Part shown: positions 29,173 to 41,434 of the stretch, in pieces
Layout of the letters: every line of letters starts with the position of its first letter
How positions within the stretch are numbered: position 1 is the first letter of the stretch
DNA from: Vulcanimicrobiota bacterium
GTDB taxonomy: Bacteria; Vulcanimicrobiota; Vulcanimicrobiia; Vulcanimicrobiales; Vulcanimicrobiaceae
NCBI GenBank assembly: GCA_963812155.1
Contig: CAWETW010000003.1
Coordinates: 608,001-672,000 of the forward strand
DNA: 64,000 nt
Direction: 5' to 3'
Made by a program: the position numbers and the translations under genes
Notes under the pieces: generated by a model
Database searches by the model: none
What the model was told of the DNA's origin: nothing
What the model saw: the letters and a program-made list of their open reading frames with translations, nothing else

Positions 29173-29933
29173 CCGGCGCGCACGAGTTCGTTCGCGAGCG
29201 CGACGTCGCCGGCGCGGTCGACGTTGACGGCGGTCTGCGCAAACGGCGAGACGAGCGCGCGCACCGGCGCACCGAGAATGCGGCTGGCGCGCCCCTCGGC
29301 CTGCGCGATGCTCAGCGTTCCGGCCGCGTAACGCGCGAGCACGTTCCAGCCGAAGAGCGAGGCGAGCCGGAGGGGATGCTTGCGCGCGGCCCCCAAGCGC
29401 TCGATGAACCGTTCGAGCAGCGGCAGCGCTCGCGGTTTGATGGCGGCGAGACCTCCGCCGCAGAAGGTCCCGTCGCGTAAGCGCGCCCAGGTATGCGGCA
29501 CGTTCGGATACCGTGCGAGGTGCGTGCGCCGCTCGACGCAGCCGTAGACGACGTCGGCGTCCAGCTCGCGTACGCCGCGTGCGAAATCGTCCACCGAAAC
29601 CGCGTCGAGCACCGGCAGGTCGGAAGCGACTACGAGCACGGCGAGATCAGGCGGAAGATCCGACAGCCCGCTGCGCAAACTCTCACCGATCCGCACGCCG
29701 TCGGGGCGCAGGTCGTCGGCCGCCGCAAGCGCCGGATGCGAGCGGGTGGACGGCGGCGCGACGACGACGATGCGTCCGATCGACGCCGATGCGCGCAGCG
29801 CGGCGAGCACGCGACCGACCAGCGCGATGCCGGCGATTTCAACGAACGCTTTGTTGGGTGCGCCGGGCTGCAGCGCTGCGACGTCGTCGGCCGGTCCGCC
29901 GGCGAGCACGACCGCACACAGCGGTGCGTTCAC
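29169..29933 (-). CDS. MobA/IspD-fold nucleotidyltransferase family protein
   Basis: AVVLAGG, NKAFVEIAG, SDLP; GTG overlaps the ispE stop. Confidence 0.8.
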   Translation of the reverse strand: MNAPLCAVVLAGGPADDVAALQPGAPNKAFVEIAGIALVGRVLAALRASASIGRIVVVAPPSTRSHPALAAADDLRPDGVRIGESLRSGLSDLPPDLAVLVVASDLPVLDAVSVDDFARGVRELDADVVYGCVERRTHLARYPNVPHTWARLRDGTFCGGGLAAIKPRALPLLERFIERLGAARKHPLRLASLFGWNVLARYAAGTLSIAQAEGRASRILGAPVRALVSPFAQTAVNVDRAGDVALANELVRAG

Positions 29934-30796
29934 GCGCGCCATTCCGGCGACTGCGCGAACGCCGTCGTCCAGCGCGCGTATTCCGGCGGCAGCGACAGCC
30001 GTTGGGCGATTTCGGCGGCAGCCTGCGCGTCCTGCGCGAGTGCGAAGACGCACGAGCCGGATCCGGCCAGCAAGGGGTGCACGGCGCCGGCCGCCGCAAG
30101 CGCATCGAGTGCGGTCGCCACGGGCGGCGATTCGGCGGCGATCGCGGACTGGAAATCGTTGTGCAGCAGTGACTGCACCGCTTGAAAATCGCCGCGCTGC
30201 AGTGCGGTCGCGGCGGCCAGCGAGACCGATAGGGCGCGCGAACGCATCGGCCGCTCGGTTCGATCGACGAGCGCGTACGCGTCCGCCGTCGAAACGCCCA
30301 CCGGCGGCTTCACGACCACCACATGCCAGCGAGGCATTGCCCCTAACGGCGTAACCCGTTCGCCCGTCCCCTCGACGAGCGCGCCGGTGCCGGCCAGAAA
30401 AAACGGCACGTCGGAACCCAAGGCGCGCGCGACCTGCGGCCAATCGGCGGGCGGAGGCGTCCCGAATGCGCCGCGCATGGCGGCGCCCAGCACCGCCGCC
30501 GCATCGCTCGAGCCGCCTCCGAGCCCGGCTTGCACGGGCACGTGCTTGCGCAGTTCGACGCGGTAGGCCGGCAGCGTACCGAGCGCACCCAGCGCGCGAA
30601 CGGCCAGATTCTCGTCGCCCTCCAGTTCGGTCCGATCGCAGACGAACGTGAAGCGTTCGCTCGATTCGACGATCAATTCGTCGGACAATTCGAGCGGAAC
30701 CATCACGCTGCGAATGCCGTGCAGCCCATCCGCGCGGCGCGCGAGCACTTCGAGCGTAAGGTTGATCTTCGCCGGAGCGCGGTATAGGGCCGCCAT
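29930..30796 (-). CDS. ispE: 4-(CDP)-2-C-methyl-D-erythritol kinase
   Basis: APAKINLTLEV, GHMP motif PVQAGLGGGSSDAA, GSDVPFF, NDFQ, GSGS. Confidence 0.94.
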   Translation of the reverse strand: MAALYRAPAKINLTLEVLARRADGLHGIRSVMVPLELSDELIVESSERFTFVCDRTELEGDENLAVRALGALGTLPAYRVELRKHVPVQAGLGGGSSDAAAVLGAAMRGAFGTPPPADWPQVARALGSDVPFFLAGTGALVEGTGERVTPLGAMPRWHVVVVKPPVGVSTADAYALVDRTERPMRSRALSVSLAAATALQRGDFQAVQSLLHNDFQSAIAAESPPVATALDALAAAGAVHPLLAGSGSCVFALAQDAQAAAEIAQRLSLPPEYARWTTAFAQSPEWRA

Positions 30797-30878
30797 GCGG
30801 ACGGGTTTGGCGAAGCCGGCGGCGGGCGCCTGGGCGGAGGGGCCTGCGCGTCGCGTGCCGCAACAGAGCGGCGTCGAG

Positions 30879-33327
30879 ATGTCGCACAGTTACGACGCAC
30901 AGCGAAACGAGTTTTGCGCTTACGTCCTGCACGAGTCGCAGACGCCGTACGGCTTGCTGTTGGGAAACTTCAAAAGCTTCGCACAGTCGACCGCCAAGGG
31001 CGGCGTTCGCGGACTCTGGGACGCCGACACCGATCAAATCATCTTCGGCATGCATCACATCGCGTACCGTTTGCGCGAGAATGCCGAAACGAGTTACACG
31101 CTCTTTCCTCACCAGATCGAGCGCGAGCTGACGTTCCTGCCGTACGCGCAGATTTCGGAGTTCACGCTGCGCAATCGCGTGCACGTCTCCGAGTCGTTCT
31201 ACGTGCCGCACGGCCCCGAGATCGAGCGCGCGGTTGCGTTCGTGGTCGACGTCACGCTTTACAATCCCGGCCGCGACCCGATCGACGTCGCGCTCTTTCC
31301 TTGGGCGATGCTCGTCGGGCAGCGGTTCTACGGCGAGCCGGAACACGAGGTCCGCGCTTGGACCGACGGCCGCTTCATCTGTTCGAAGAACGTCGAAACC
31401 GGCGGCGAGCGCTGGTGGGGCGGTTCGCGCCAGCCGGTCGCCATCGCGATCTCGCTGCGCGAGCAGGCGCTGCTCGAAGCGATGCGGCGCTCGACGTTGC
31501 TGCGTGAGAAAACCGGGCGTGACGACGGCCCGATTCGGCCGAACTGGCCGGCCGCCGCATTTTCGGCGCGTTCGAATACGTCATCGCGTCGCACCGGGAG
31601 CCCGCGAGTCGGTGCGCTTCGCGGTGGTCTACGACAAGGACGGGAACGCCAAAAGCCGTCCGGTGCTCGAAGCGCTCCTCAACGACCCGCGCGCGCTGCA
31701 CGACACGCAGCGCTACTTCGCGGAACGTCTGGCCGACGCGCGTTTCATGACGCCGTCGCCGGAGATCAGCCGCGGCGTCGCCTGGGCGAAAGCCAACATG
31801 CTGCGCGTCGTCAAAGAGTATCCGCACGGATGGGGATCGACGAACTCGCCGCCCTCCGACATTCTGGTTTCACGCGATACGTCGTGGTTCGTACACGGCT
31901 TCGATTACTTCTGGCCGGAGTTCAGCCGCAACGCGCTCGAAGTGTTCAACCGCACAGTCGAGCCGAGCGGATTGATGGTCGAATACGTGCGCGGCGTGAG
32001 CGGTTACAAGACCGCCTACGATCTCAACATCAACGACGACACGCCGCTGCACCTCATCGCGATGCTGCACCACTACAACGCGACGCTCGACGACGGGTGG
32101 GTGCGCGAAAGAATCGCGCTGGTGCGCGGACTAGCCGACTATTTGCTCACCCAGCGCGACGACCGGGGACTGGTCTTCTGCAAGGCTAAGGGCGTCGATA
32201 TGTACGGGATCTCGTCGTGGCGCAACATCATTCCGTATTACACGCTCGACGGAGCCGTGACCGAGATCAACGCCGAGAGCGTCTACGCGCTCGAAGCCGC
32301 CGCGATGCTGTGTGCGGTCGCCGGCGATAATGCAAGTTGGGAGAAATACAGCGCGGAGGCGCAAAGCATGCGCGCGGCGATGATGGAGTATCTCTACAAC
32401 GACGATACCGGTGCGTTCGTGCTGAACTACGATCAGGACCGCAACTATCAAGACAACTTTACGGCCGACGAAATCTTCCCGGTGCTGTTCGACGTGGCAG
32501 GCCCTGCGGAGCGCAGTGCGATTCTGCGCAGGCTGAACGAGGCGGATTTCGTGACGCCGGTCGGACTGCGCACGATATCGACCGCGGACGCCTGGTATTT
32601 TCCGTCGTACGGATTCGGATTGCTCGGCGGCATCTGGCCGGATTTGACGCTGTGGTACGTCGTCGCGCTGGCGCGCAACGGCATGACCGATGCGGCGGTG
32701 CATTTTCTTTCGGCGACCTACGCGGCGATGGAAGGCGGCAGCCCGCGCAACACCGTGCCGGGCGAGTTCGCCGAATGGTTCGACGGCGGCTCGCTCACCA
32801 ATCGTGGCATGTATCTCTCGCCGTGGACGGGCGCGAAGTTTCTCTGGGCGGTCGCCGAGACGGTCGGCGGACTCGACGGCTATCGCACGAGCGGACGCCC
32901 GCACTTAGCGCCGCTGCGTCCGAAGGGATGGGAATGGATCGCCGCCGCGCGCGTGCATTGGGGCGGCAAGCGGCGAACCTATGTCATCGACTTGCGCAAC
33001 AACGTCATCTACGGCGACATGCCCGAGCTTTCGGCCGAGGAGCCGTTTACGTGCATCTTTGCCGGCCGCGACGTGAGCGACGAAGTGACGACGTCGCCGG
33101 TCGAAGTGGGTGCGATCGCTTTCGAGGACGAACGCGGCGCCGTGCGCATTTTTCTCTGCAACGACTTGGCGCGGCGCGCGACGTGCTCATCGAGTTTCGC
33201 GGCAATACGGCGCGCATCGACATGATGCCGGGCGAACTGCGGGAGGTGCATCTGGTCGGCACGCCCAGCGACCGCAAGGCGCGCGCCGGCAAAGCTCGAC
33301 GTCGTCGCAGCAGCCGCGCGGGCATAG
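30879..33327 (+). CDS. Glycoside hydrolase, (alpha/alpha)6 amylo-alpha-1,6-glucosidase-like; apparent frameshifts at ~31550, ~33180 and ~33290
   Basis: SRDTSW, DDTPL, EINA, TPVGLRT, GGIWP, EFAEWF motifs; coding pieces spread over several frames; end approximate. Confidence 0.7.
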
Positions 33328-33348
33328 CCCGAAAAGAGCCTCATCGCC

Positions 33349-33824
33349 ATGTTCGATCCGTCGAATCGCTTCGCGACCATCGTCCTCGCCGCCGGCACGC
33401 TCGTGTTGCTGGTCGCGATCGCCGTGGGCGAGCGCATGGGCGACCGGGTTCTCGGCGAGGCCACCCAGCAAGGCCTCCAGTCGGTGACCGCGGTTGCGCC
33501 CTCCCCTGCCGCGACGGAGTCCCAGGCTCCCTTCGGCCCGGATTGGAAGCGTTCGAAGACGTTGTCGAGCGCCGCCGATCCGCGCTTTCCCGATCCTCGG
33601 GTGCCGCCGCAGCCGTTGCCGACGCCCATCCGACCCCGAAGGTGACGCCGACGCCGTACGTTCCCCTCACGCCGACGCCGAATCCGAACATCCCGATTTG
33701 GCGCCAGGAGCCCATGCCCACCGCCACGCCGCTGCCGTCCGAGGTTCCGTCCGCCGAAGGAAGCCCCAGCTCCGCCGCCCTCGGCGCAACCGCAGCCGCC
33801 GTTTGGAAACTCTTGATACGATAG
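33349..33824 (+). CDS. Pro-rich single-TM hypothetical protein; apparent frameshift at ~33630
   Basis: N-terminal TM segment, DPRFPDPRVPP, PTP-rich tail continuing in another frame; end uncertain. Confidence 0.55.
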
Positions 33825-33829
33825 AAGCC

Positions 33830-34720
33830 ATGGAACAAGCCGGAACGCCCACCGTCAAGCGCGGGCTCGCGCAGATGCTCAAGGGCGGCGTCATCATGGA
33901 CGTCGTCACCCCCGAACACGCCGTCGTCGCCCAGGAGGCCGGCGCCGTCGCCGTGATGGCGCTGGAACGCATTCCGGCCGACATCCGCGCCGCTGGCGGC
34001 GTCGCGCGCATGAGCAATCTCGAGCTGATTCGCGGGCATTATGGACGCGGTCACGATTCCGGTGATGGCCAAGGTGCGCATCGGCCACTTCGCCGAGGCG
34101 CAAGTCCTCCAGCAACTCGGCGTCGACTACATCGACGAGTCCGAAGTGCTGACGCCGGCCGACGACAAGTATCACGTCGACAAGCACCGGTTTACGACGC
34201 CGTTCGTCTGCGGTGCGCGCGATCTCGGCGAGGCGCTGCGCCGCATCGCCGAAGGCGCGGCGATGATTCGCAGCAAGGGCGAAGCCGGCAGCGGAAACAT
34301 CGTCGAAGCGGTGCGCCACATGCGCGCGATCACCGACGGGATCCGCGAGCTGGCGCGTGCGCCGAAAGAAGAACTGGTTGCGCGCGCCCGCGACCTCGGC
34401 GCGCCGCTCGAACTCGTGCAATGGTTGCCAAGGAAGGAAAGCTGCCGGTCGTGCTCTTCTGCGCGGGCGGCGTTTCGACGCCGGCCGATGCAGCGCTGAT
34501 GATGCAACTCGGCGCCGAAGGCATCTTCGTCGGCAGCGGCATCTTCAAATCGACGGATCCGCGCAAGTTCGCCAAAGCGATCGTCGACGCGACGACGCAC
34601 TTCGACGATCCCGACGTCGTCATGGAAGCGTGTCGTTCGCTCGGTGAGTCCGAAGCGATGGCCGGCCTCGACGTGCGGACGCTCGACCAGACCCAGTTGC
34701 TCGCGACGCGCGGAAACTAA
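33830..34720 (+). CDS. pdxS: Pyridoxal 5'-phosphate synthase lyase subunit; compensating frameshifts at ~34034 and ~34420
   Basis: [48 protein letters not shown]. Confidence 0.93.
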   Translation: MEQAGTPTVKRGLAQMLKGGVIMDVVTPEHAVVAQEAGAVAVMALERIPADIRAAGGVARMSNLELIRGHYGRGHDSGDGQGAHRPLRRGASPPATRRRLHRRVRSADAGRRQVSRRQAPVYDAVRLRCARSRRGAAPHRRRRGDDSQQGRSRQRKHRRSGAPHARDHRRDPRAGACAERRTGCARPRPRRAARTRAMVAKEGKLPVVLFCAGGVSTPADAALMMQLGAEGIFVGSGIFKSTDPRKFAKAIVDATTHFDDPDVVMEACRSLGESEAMAGLDVRTLDQTQLLATRGN

Positions 34721-34733
34721 GGAGCTTCACCCC

Positions 34734-35340
34734 GTGGTCCGGTCGTCGGCGTTCTCGCGCTGCAAGGCGACGTGGCCGAACACACCGCGGCGCTGGAACG
34801 CGCCGGCGCCGCACCGCTCGCCGTAAAGACGGTCGCGGACCTGGATCGAGTCGATGCGCTGGTCGTTCCGGGCGGCGAGTCGACGACGGTGATGAAACTG
34901 CTCGCGCGCTTCGACTTGGAGCGGCCGCTCGTCGATCGCGTTCGCGCCGGCATGCCGTTCTGGGGCACGTGCATGGGCATGATCGTGGCGGCGCGCGACG
35001 TCGCCGGCCTCGAGCAGCCGACCCTCGACCTCATCGACGTAACGGTACGCCGCAACGCCTTCGGACGGCAGAACGAATCGGCGGAAGTCGACCTCGCGAT
35101 TCCCGTCCTCGGCGCGCAGCCGTTCCGCGCGATTTTCATTCGCGCGCCGTGGATCGAGCGCGCGGGCCCGCAGGTCGACGTGCTTGCCGAGCGCGACGGC
35201 CACGGCGTCATGGTGCGTCAGGGTAACGTGCTCGGCACGTCGTTCCATCCGGAGCTGGGCGCGACCTGCGCGTTCACGAGTACTTTCTGGAGATGCTCCG
35301 GCAACCGCTCGACGTAGGGAAGGCGCCGACCGCAGCGTAA
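34734..35340 (+). CDS. pdxT: PLP synthase glutaminase subunit; apparent indels near the start and at ~35262
   Basis: VGVLALQGD, PGGEST, GTCMGMI, RNAFGRQ, FIRAP, FHPEL; the typical DLRVHEYFL tail lies in the shifted frame. Confidence 0.92.
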
Positions 35341-35352
35341 CTCTTCGGCAGT

Positions 35353-35637
35353 ATGACGACCACGCCCGAGGAAGAGCACGGGGGCTTTCAAGGACAGATT
35401 CCTCCGGTCGAGCCGCTGCTCACCGAAGTGATTGCAACGCTCGCGCTCGCGGCGCACGCCTACCTGACCGAAAGCGACGGCCAAGAGCCCGACCACGACG
35501 CCGCGGAGGTCGCAATCGACGTCGCCAGCGCCGCTTTCGAACGGGTCAAAGAACGCTTGCGACCGGACGAACGGTTAGCAATGACGCAGATGCTGACCGA
35601 AACCCGAATGACGTTCGTTCGAAAGCGAGGCACCTAA
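35353..35637 (+). CDS. Small helical protein (DUF1844-like)
   Basis: 94 aa with LA..AHAYL...D.DAA..AID pattern; family recognised from memory. Confidence 0.6.
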   Translation: MTTTPEEEHGGFQGQIPPVEPLLTEVIATLALAAHAYLTESDGQEPDHDAAEVAIDVASAAFERVKERLRPDERLAMTQMLTETRMTFVRKRGT

Positions 35638-35678
35638 AATGCCTCGCTTGCTACGCCGCGGCTTTGCCGAGATCGGCC

Positions 35679-36209
35679 GTGAGCGACGTCCTCGTTTTGA
35701 ACTTTACCTACGAAGCGCTGAACGTCACGAGCTTTCAGCGCGCCGTCAAGCTGATTTTTGCCGGCAAAGCGGAGCTGCTGCACGGGCGCGACCGCATTCT
35801 CGCGTCGACGACCTACGAGATGCGCATGCCGTCGATCATCCGGATGCTGTACTATATCCGCCGTCCGATGCAGAAGGTCGCGCTGACGAAGAAGAACGTG
35901 CTGATTCGCGACGATCATACGTGCCAGTACTGCGGCACGCACGGCGAGCAGCTGATGACGGTCGACCACATCACCCCGAAGAGCCGCGGCGGCCCGTCGA
36001 CCTGGGAGAACCTGGTCTGCGCGTGCATGCGCTGCAACAATCGCAAGAACAACCGCACGCCGGAAGAAGCGAACATGTCGCTGCAGCGCAAGCCGCGACA
36101 GCCCAAGTACATTCCGTGGATTCAGATCAAGCGCAACACGCTCCCCGACGAATGGGGCAAGTTCCTATTCCTCTACAACGTCTCGATCGACGAACGCGTG
36201 GAGGCGTAA
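35679..36209 (+). CDS. HNH endonuclease (standalone)
   Basis: VLVLNFTYEAL, RDDHTCQYCG, TVDHITPKSRGG..WENLVCACMRCNNRK. Confidence 0.92.
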   Translation: MSDVLVLNFTYEALNVTSFQRAVKLIFAGKAELLHGRDRILASTTYEMRMPSIIRMLYYIRRPMQKVALTKKNVLIRDDHTCQYCGTHGEQLMTVDHITPKSRGGPSTWENLVCACMRCNNRKNNRTPEEANMSLQRKPRQPKYIPWIQIKRNTLPDEWGKFLFLYNVSIDERVEA

Positions 36210-36257
36210 TGCGTTCGCTGCCGCCGCTCGACCCTGCATTTCCATAACTTAGCACCG

Positions 36258-37746
36258 ATGGATCAAACGAAGACGCCGTACTTTCAGGCGCTGCTGGACT
36301 ATGTCGACTCGGGCGTGTTGCCGTTTCACACGCCCGGGCACGTGCAGGGCAACGGCATGGATTTGGCGTTTCGCGAATTCGTCGGCGATAATATCTGCGC
36401 GATCGACCTGACGCCGATGCCGGGCATCGACGATTTGCTGCAGCCGCTCGAGGCGATCAAAGAAGCGCAAGAGCTGGCGGCGGAAGCGTGGGGCGCCGAC
36501 AACACGTTCTTCCTCATCAACGGTTCGACCAGCGGCAATCAGATGCATGATGATGGCGGCGGCCAATCCGGGCGACGAGATCGCGGTGCCGCGCAACTCG
36601 CACAAGTCGATGCTGGGCGGCCTGGTGATGAGCGGCGCGCTGCCGGTGTACATGCAGCCGGAAGTCGACGAAGAGCTGCACATGGACCACTGCGTCACCC
36701 CGGAGACGGTCGCGCGCACGCTCGCCGAGCATCCCGAGGTCGACGGCGGTGTATCTCGTTTCGCCGACGTACTACGGCGTCGCCGCCGATCTGGCGGCGA
36801 TCGAACGCATCGCGCACGGCGCCGGCAAACTGCTGCTGGTCGACGAAGCGTGGGGGCCGCACTTCCACTTTCACCCGGCGCTGCCGCTCTCGGCCACCCA
36901 AGCCGGAGCCGATCTCTGCATCAACTCGACGCACAAGATGCTGTCGGCATTTTCGCAGTGCGCGATGCTGCACCAAAAGGGCGATCGCGTGCGGCTCGAC
37001 CGGCTCAAAGCCGTGCTCAAGATGTTTCTGTCGACGTCTCCGAATCTGCCGATGGTCGCGTCGCTCGACGTCGCGCGCAAGCAGATGGCGACCGAGGGCG
37101 CGCGCACTGCTCTCGCGAACGATCGAACTCGCACAGGAGACGCGCCGGCGCATCAATCGCATCGACGGCCTCTACTGTCTCGGCGACGACGCGCGCGGAA
37201 AAAACGGCGTCTTCGACCTCGATCCGACGAAGATCGCCGTAACGGTCAAGGGATTCGGATATACGGGTTACGAGGCGTCGGAGATTCTGCGGCACCGCTA
37301 CAACATCCAAGTCGAACTCGCCGACCTCTTCAACGTCGTCGCGCTGTTCACGATCGGCACGACGCCCGAGGCGGCGGACCGGCTCGCGACTGCATTCGAA
37401 GAGATGGCGCGCGACGACCGGCCGGTCGACATGTACGCGCCCTCGGGAATTCTCGAGCGGCGGCTCGAATCGTGGAAGTTACCAGCTGCCGAAGATTCCG
37501 CCGATGCGCATGTCGCCTCGCGACGCATTCCTTGCCGACGCCGAGTTCGTGCCGTTCAAAGAGTCGAAAGGGCGCATCTGCGCGGAAACCATCTCGCCGT
37601 ACCCGCCGGGGATTCCGGTGATCGCGCCGGGCGAGGAGATTACGGCCGACTTGATCGCCTATTTGCGCTTGGAGATTAAGGCGGGCGTGCGCATTCAGGG
37701 CCCGTACGACGACGAGCTCAAGGTCGTGCGCGTCGTCAAGGAGTGA
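36258..37746 (+). CDS. Orn/Lys/Arg decarboxylase (fold I, YaaO/SpeA-like); about 4 apparent frameshifts
   Basis: [38 protein letters not shown] motif STHKML, DPTKI, PYPPGIP. Confidence 0.9.
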
Positions 37747-37847
37747 CGGGCCGAAACGATGGGAAGGAGTCGCCCGCGAACCGGATAACGCAGAACGATA
37801 ATTACGCGGAGCCGCACGGCGGTCCCGGAGGGAAGGCAGGGTCAGTA

Positions 37848-39384
37848 TTGGCCGTTCGAGTCCCATCCGTTTCCCCGAGTTGGGAGCTCTCCCAACTTCT
37901 CGACATCTTCCCCCTCGCGATCCGGCAGGCGCTCGTACGTCTCGGCAACATCGAAGACATCATCGAAGTCGTGCTCGATCTCGGGCGTCCGCCCGAAGCG
38001 CGTTTCGAACACGACTTTACGTATCTCACCGACACGCCGGTTTCGCACGAAGACATCGCGCACGTCTGCTCGCGCATCTCTCCGTTCGGAGCGGACAACC
38101 GCGCCGGCATCGAGCAGACGCTGCACCGCATCAGCGCGATTCGCAATCGCACCGGAAAGATCGTCGGGCTCACGTGCCGCGTCGGCCGCGCCGTGTACGG
38201 AACGATCGACATTCTGCTCGACGTCCTGCGCAGCGGGCAATCGATCTGCCTGCTCGGCCGTCCCGGCGTCGGAAAGACGACGATGCTGCGCGAGTGCGCG
38301 CGCATGCTTTCCGAAGACCGCAAGCGCGTCGTCATCGTCGATACGTCGAACGAAATCGCCGGCGACAGCGACATTCCGCATCCCGGCATCGGCCTCGCGC
38401 GCCGCATGCAGGTTACCGACCCCGCCCTGCAGCACGCCGTGATGATCGAAGCCGTCGAGAATCACATGCCCGAAGTGATCGTCATCGACGAGATCGGCAC
38501 CGAGGCCGAGGCCGGCGCCGCGCGCACGATCGCCGAGCGCGGCGTGACGCTGATCGGCACGGCGCACGGACAGACGCTCGAAAATCTGCTCATGAACCCG
38601 ACGCTCTCCGACTTGGTCGGCGGCATCAGCGCGGTGACGCTCTCCGACGAAGAAGCGCGCCGGCGCGGCACGCGCAAGACCGTGCTCGAACGCAAGGCTC
38701 CGCCGACGTTCGACGTCGTGGTCGAGATTCACGACCGCGACCGCCTGGCGATCCACAAAAGCGTCGGCGAGGTGATCGACGCGCTGCTGCGCGGATATCA
38801 GCCGCAGCCGGAGATTCGCCAGCGCCAGCCCAGCGGCGAAGTGACGGTCGTCCAGGAAGCCGACACGGAGTCGATGCCGCAACTCGCGGCGGAGTACGAT
38901 CCGGGTGCAGGACGAAGAGCGCGAGCGCGCGCTTTCGATCTTTCCGTACGGCGTCTCGCGCAACAAGATCGAGCGCGCGATTCACAACCTGCGCGTCAAC
39001 GCGACGATCGCCCGGACGTTCGACGATGCCGACGTCGTGCTGACGCTCAAGACGCTCGAACGCAAGCAACAGCCCAAGTTGAAGCAAATCGCCTCCGACA
39101 ACGTGCCGATCTATTCGATCAAGACCAATACGACGACGCAGATTCAAACGGCACTGCGCGACGTCTTCAACCTGGGTTCCATCGATCACGAAGAGATCGC
39201 GCTGCGCGAGGCCGAGGAGGCGATCTACCAGGTGCTGTTGACGAGCCAATCGATCGAACTCTCGCCGCAGACGTCGTACGTGCGGCGCATGCAGCACCAG
39301 CTCGCCGAACGGTATCGCCTGCAGTCGCGCAGCACCGGCCTCGAGCCGAACCGGCGCGTGCGCATCTTCAAAACGGCGGAGTGA
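37848..39384 (+). CDS. AAA+ ATPase with C-terminal R3H domain (Ycf45/SpoIIIAA-like); apparent frameshift at ~38905
   Basis: [38 protein letters not shown]3H motif [11 protein letters not shown]...GLEPNRRV. Confidence 0.88.
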
Positions 39385-40013
39385 GCGCGCCGGCGTCTCC
39401 GCGGGCGCTCTTCGTCGCCGTCGAGGGTATCGAGTGCAGCGGAAAAAGCACGCTGCTCGCCGCGCTCGCGCAACGGCTGCGTTCAGAAGGCCGCGAGCTC
39501 CTCGTCACACGCGAACCCGGCGGCACGCCGCTCGGCGAAGCCGTGCGCGCCATCGCGCTCGACCGTTCGACCGCGGTGACGCCGATGGCCGAGGCGCTGC
39601 TGATGAATGCGGCGCGGGCGCAGCACGTCACCGCGGCGATTCGTCCTGCGCTCGAAGCGGGACGCACGGTGCTTTGCGATCGCTACGTAGATTCGACGCT
39701 CGCGTACCAGGGATACGGGCGCGGCCTCGACCTCGGCGTTCTGCGCGCGCTGTGCGACGCCGCAACCGGCGGACTAATGCCGGACGTCACCTTGATCGTC
39801 GACGTTCCGGTGAGCGTCTCGCGCGAGCGCATGCGGCTGCGCGGCGTCGCGGCGGACCGCATGGAATCAGAAGACGACGGCTTCCACGAGCACGTCCGGC
39901 GCGGGTACGTGGAGCTATCGAAGCGCGCCGGCGGCTACCTGCTCGACGGAACGCTCGAAGCATCGGAGGTTCTGCGCCAGGCGCTCAATGCGCTAGCCGC
40001 GGCTTTGAAATAG
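39381..40013 (+). CDS. tmk: Thymidylate kinase
   Basis: [33 protein letters not shown]. Confidence 0.94.
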   Translation: MSAPASPRALFVAVEGIECSGKSTLLAALAQRLRSEGRELLVTREPGGTPLGEAVRAIALDRSTAVTPMAEALLMNAARAQHVTAAIRPALEAGRTVLCDRYVDSTLAYQGYGRGLDLGVLRALCDAATGGLMPDVTLIVDVPVSVSRERMRLRGVAADRMESEDDGFHEHVRRGYVELSKRAGGYLLDGTLEASEVLRQALNALAAALK

Positions 40014-40028
40014 AAGCGTGCGCGTGGA

Positions 40029-40804
40029 TTACGGAAGACGATATTGCCTGACGATCGTCGCCCCATCGCGCCGGCCTGGAAGCACGGACGGAAGCGGGAT
40101 ACCATGCATCGCCGTACGTATTGCAACGATCTCCGCTGCGGTTATCCCCTCGCCGGCTGTGGCCGACATGACTTGATCGCCGTTGCGCCACTCGAAGTGG
40201 TCGTGCTTGATCAACTTCGTGCGGCCACCGGGCAAATCGATGCCCTCGAACAGTAGCGTCCCGGTGGACCGGTACGCGGATCGTAGACGTCGGCCGTAAG
40301 CTCGAACGTTTGGCCGTTGGAGCGCCGGTACAGAAACCACACCGCCGGCGCATCCTTGCTCCATTTGTGCGTGACGTTTGAATACAGCAGCACCGTCGTC
40401 AGCCGAACCGCCGTCAGAGTGGCATCGAGCGGAACGTCCACCGGCGGAAGGATCGTAAAGCGCACCTGCTTTTGCGCCGCTTTCACCGTGGCGTCTTGCG
40501 CGCGTACGGCCGAATACAATGCGCTGGGCGGGCGAGGTGGCGGCGTCCAGCCGATCGCACGATACAGCGCTTGTTCGCCCTTGACGACGACCGATTCGAC
40601 CAAAGCCAGCGTTGCCGTCGGAAACGCCAGCATGGCGATCGCGAGAGCAGCCGCAGCCGCAAGCGCGGCGCGGTGCCACGGAAACACAAGCGGAAGCCGG
40701 ACGTCGCCCATCTTTCGATAAATCGCATCGTATCGGAACGGCGGAACGTCGATCGCATCGAACATCGCGTGTAACTCCCGGCGGATTTCGGCATCAGCGA
40801 GCAT
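40029..40804 (-). CDS. Putative anti-sigma factor (single TM); apparent frameshift at ~40258
   Basis: Short cytoplasmic N-terminus, TM AALAAAAALAIAMLAFP, extracytoplasmic domain; overlaps the ECF sigma stop. Confidence 0.6.
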
Positions 40805-41338
40805 CGGGCAAAGCCTCCTGAGAAACGTCGTGCTGCTGCGGCCGAGTCAGGATGCGTTGCAGCGCACGGCGTGCGGTCATGAGATGGAAACGAACGGTCG
40901 CGGCTGGAATGCCGACGGCTTCGGCAATCTCGCTGGAGCGAAAGCCTGCATAATAGTGCAGCACCACGATCGCCCTCTGCCGTGGGGTCAGTTTTGCAGG
41001 GCAGCGCGCACGTCTAAGTCTCCGCTGGGATCGAACGCGGTGCCGGAATTGGCCGCCGATTCGAGCGGTTGAAAGGACGGCCGTCTGCGCGCCGTGCTCA
41101 GCGCCTGGTTCACGACGATCCTATAACTCCAGGAGCGGAACGTTGCCGCAGCTCTTAACGCCGGCAGCCCTCGGGCAATCGACGCGCAGGCTTCTTGTGC
41201 GGCGTCTTCGGCCAACCCGCGGTCGTGCAAGACTGCGAATGCAAGCCTGTAGGCTTGCGGCCATACCTCGGCGATGAGACGCTCCAGGGAAGAGCCGCCG
41301 TGGCGGGCTTCGTCGACCAAGTCGAGCGCGGCATTCAT
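40794..41338 (-). CDS. ECF RNA polymerase sigma factor; apparent frameshift at ~40993
   Basis: AEDAAQEA, FRSWSYRIVVN; region 4 (LTPRQRAIVVLHYYAGF.SSEIAEAVGIPAATVRFHL) lies in the shifted frame. Confidence 0.88.
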
Positions 41339-41434
41339 GCCTGTAAGGATGCACCCGGACTCGGAAACGTTGGATTCAACGGCTCGCGGCCCCACCGGGA
41401 CTGCGAGATCGCGATTCGTTTGCGGATGGGGTGG

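Noticed and set aside
29169..31346. 725-aa ORF in the track
   Set aside because: Only the last 254 aa (from GTG 29933) are the nucleotidyltransferase; the rest overlaps ispE and the glycoside hydrolase.
35679..36209. HNH nuclease as a defence or phage module
   Set aside because: It is a common standalone HNH type among housekeeping genes, with no methylase, terminase or integrase nearby.
37743..40013. Apparent AAA ATPase-thymidylate kinase fusion (756 aa)
   Set aside because: It results from the indel at ~38905. The real R3H tail is in another frame ending at 39384, and tmk starts at GTG 39381.
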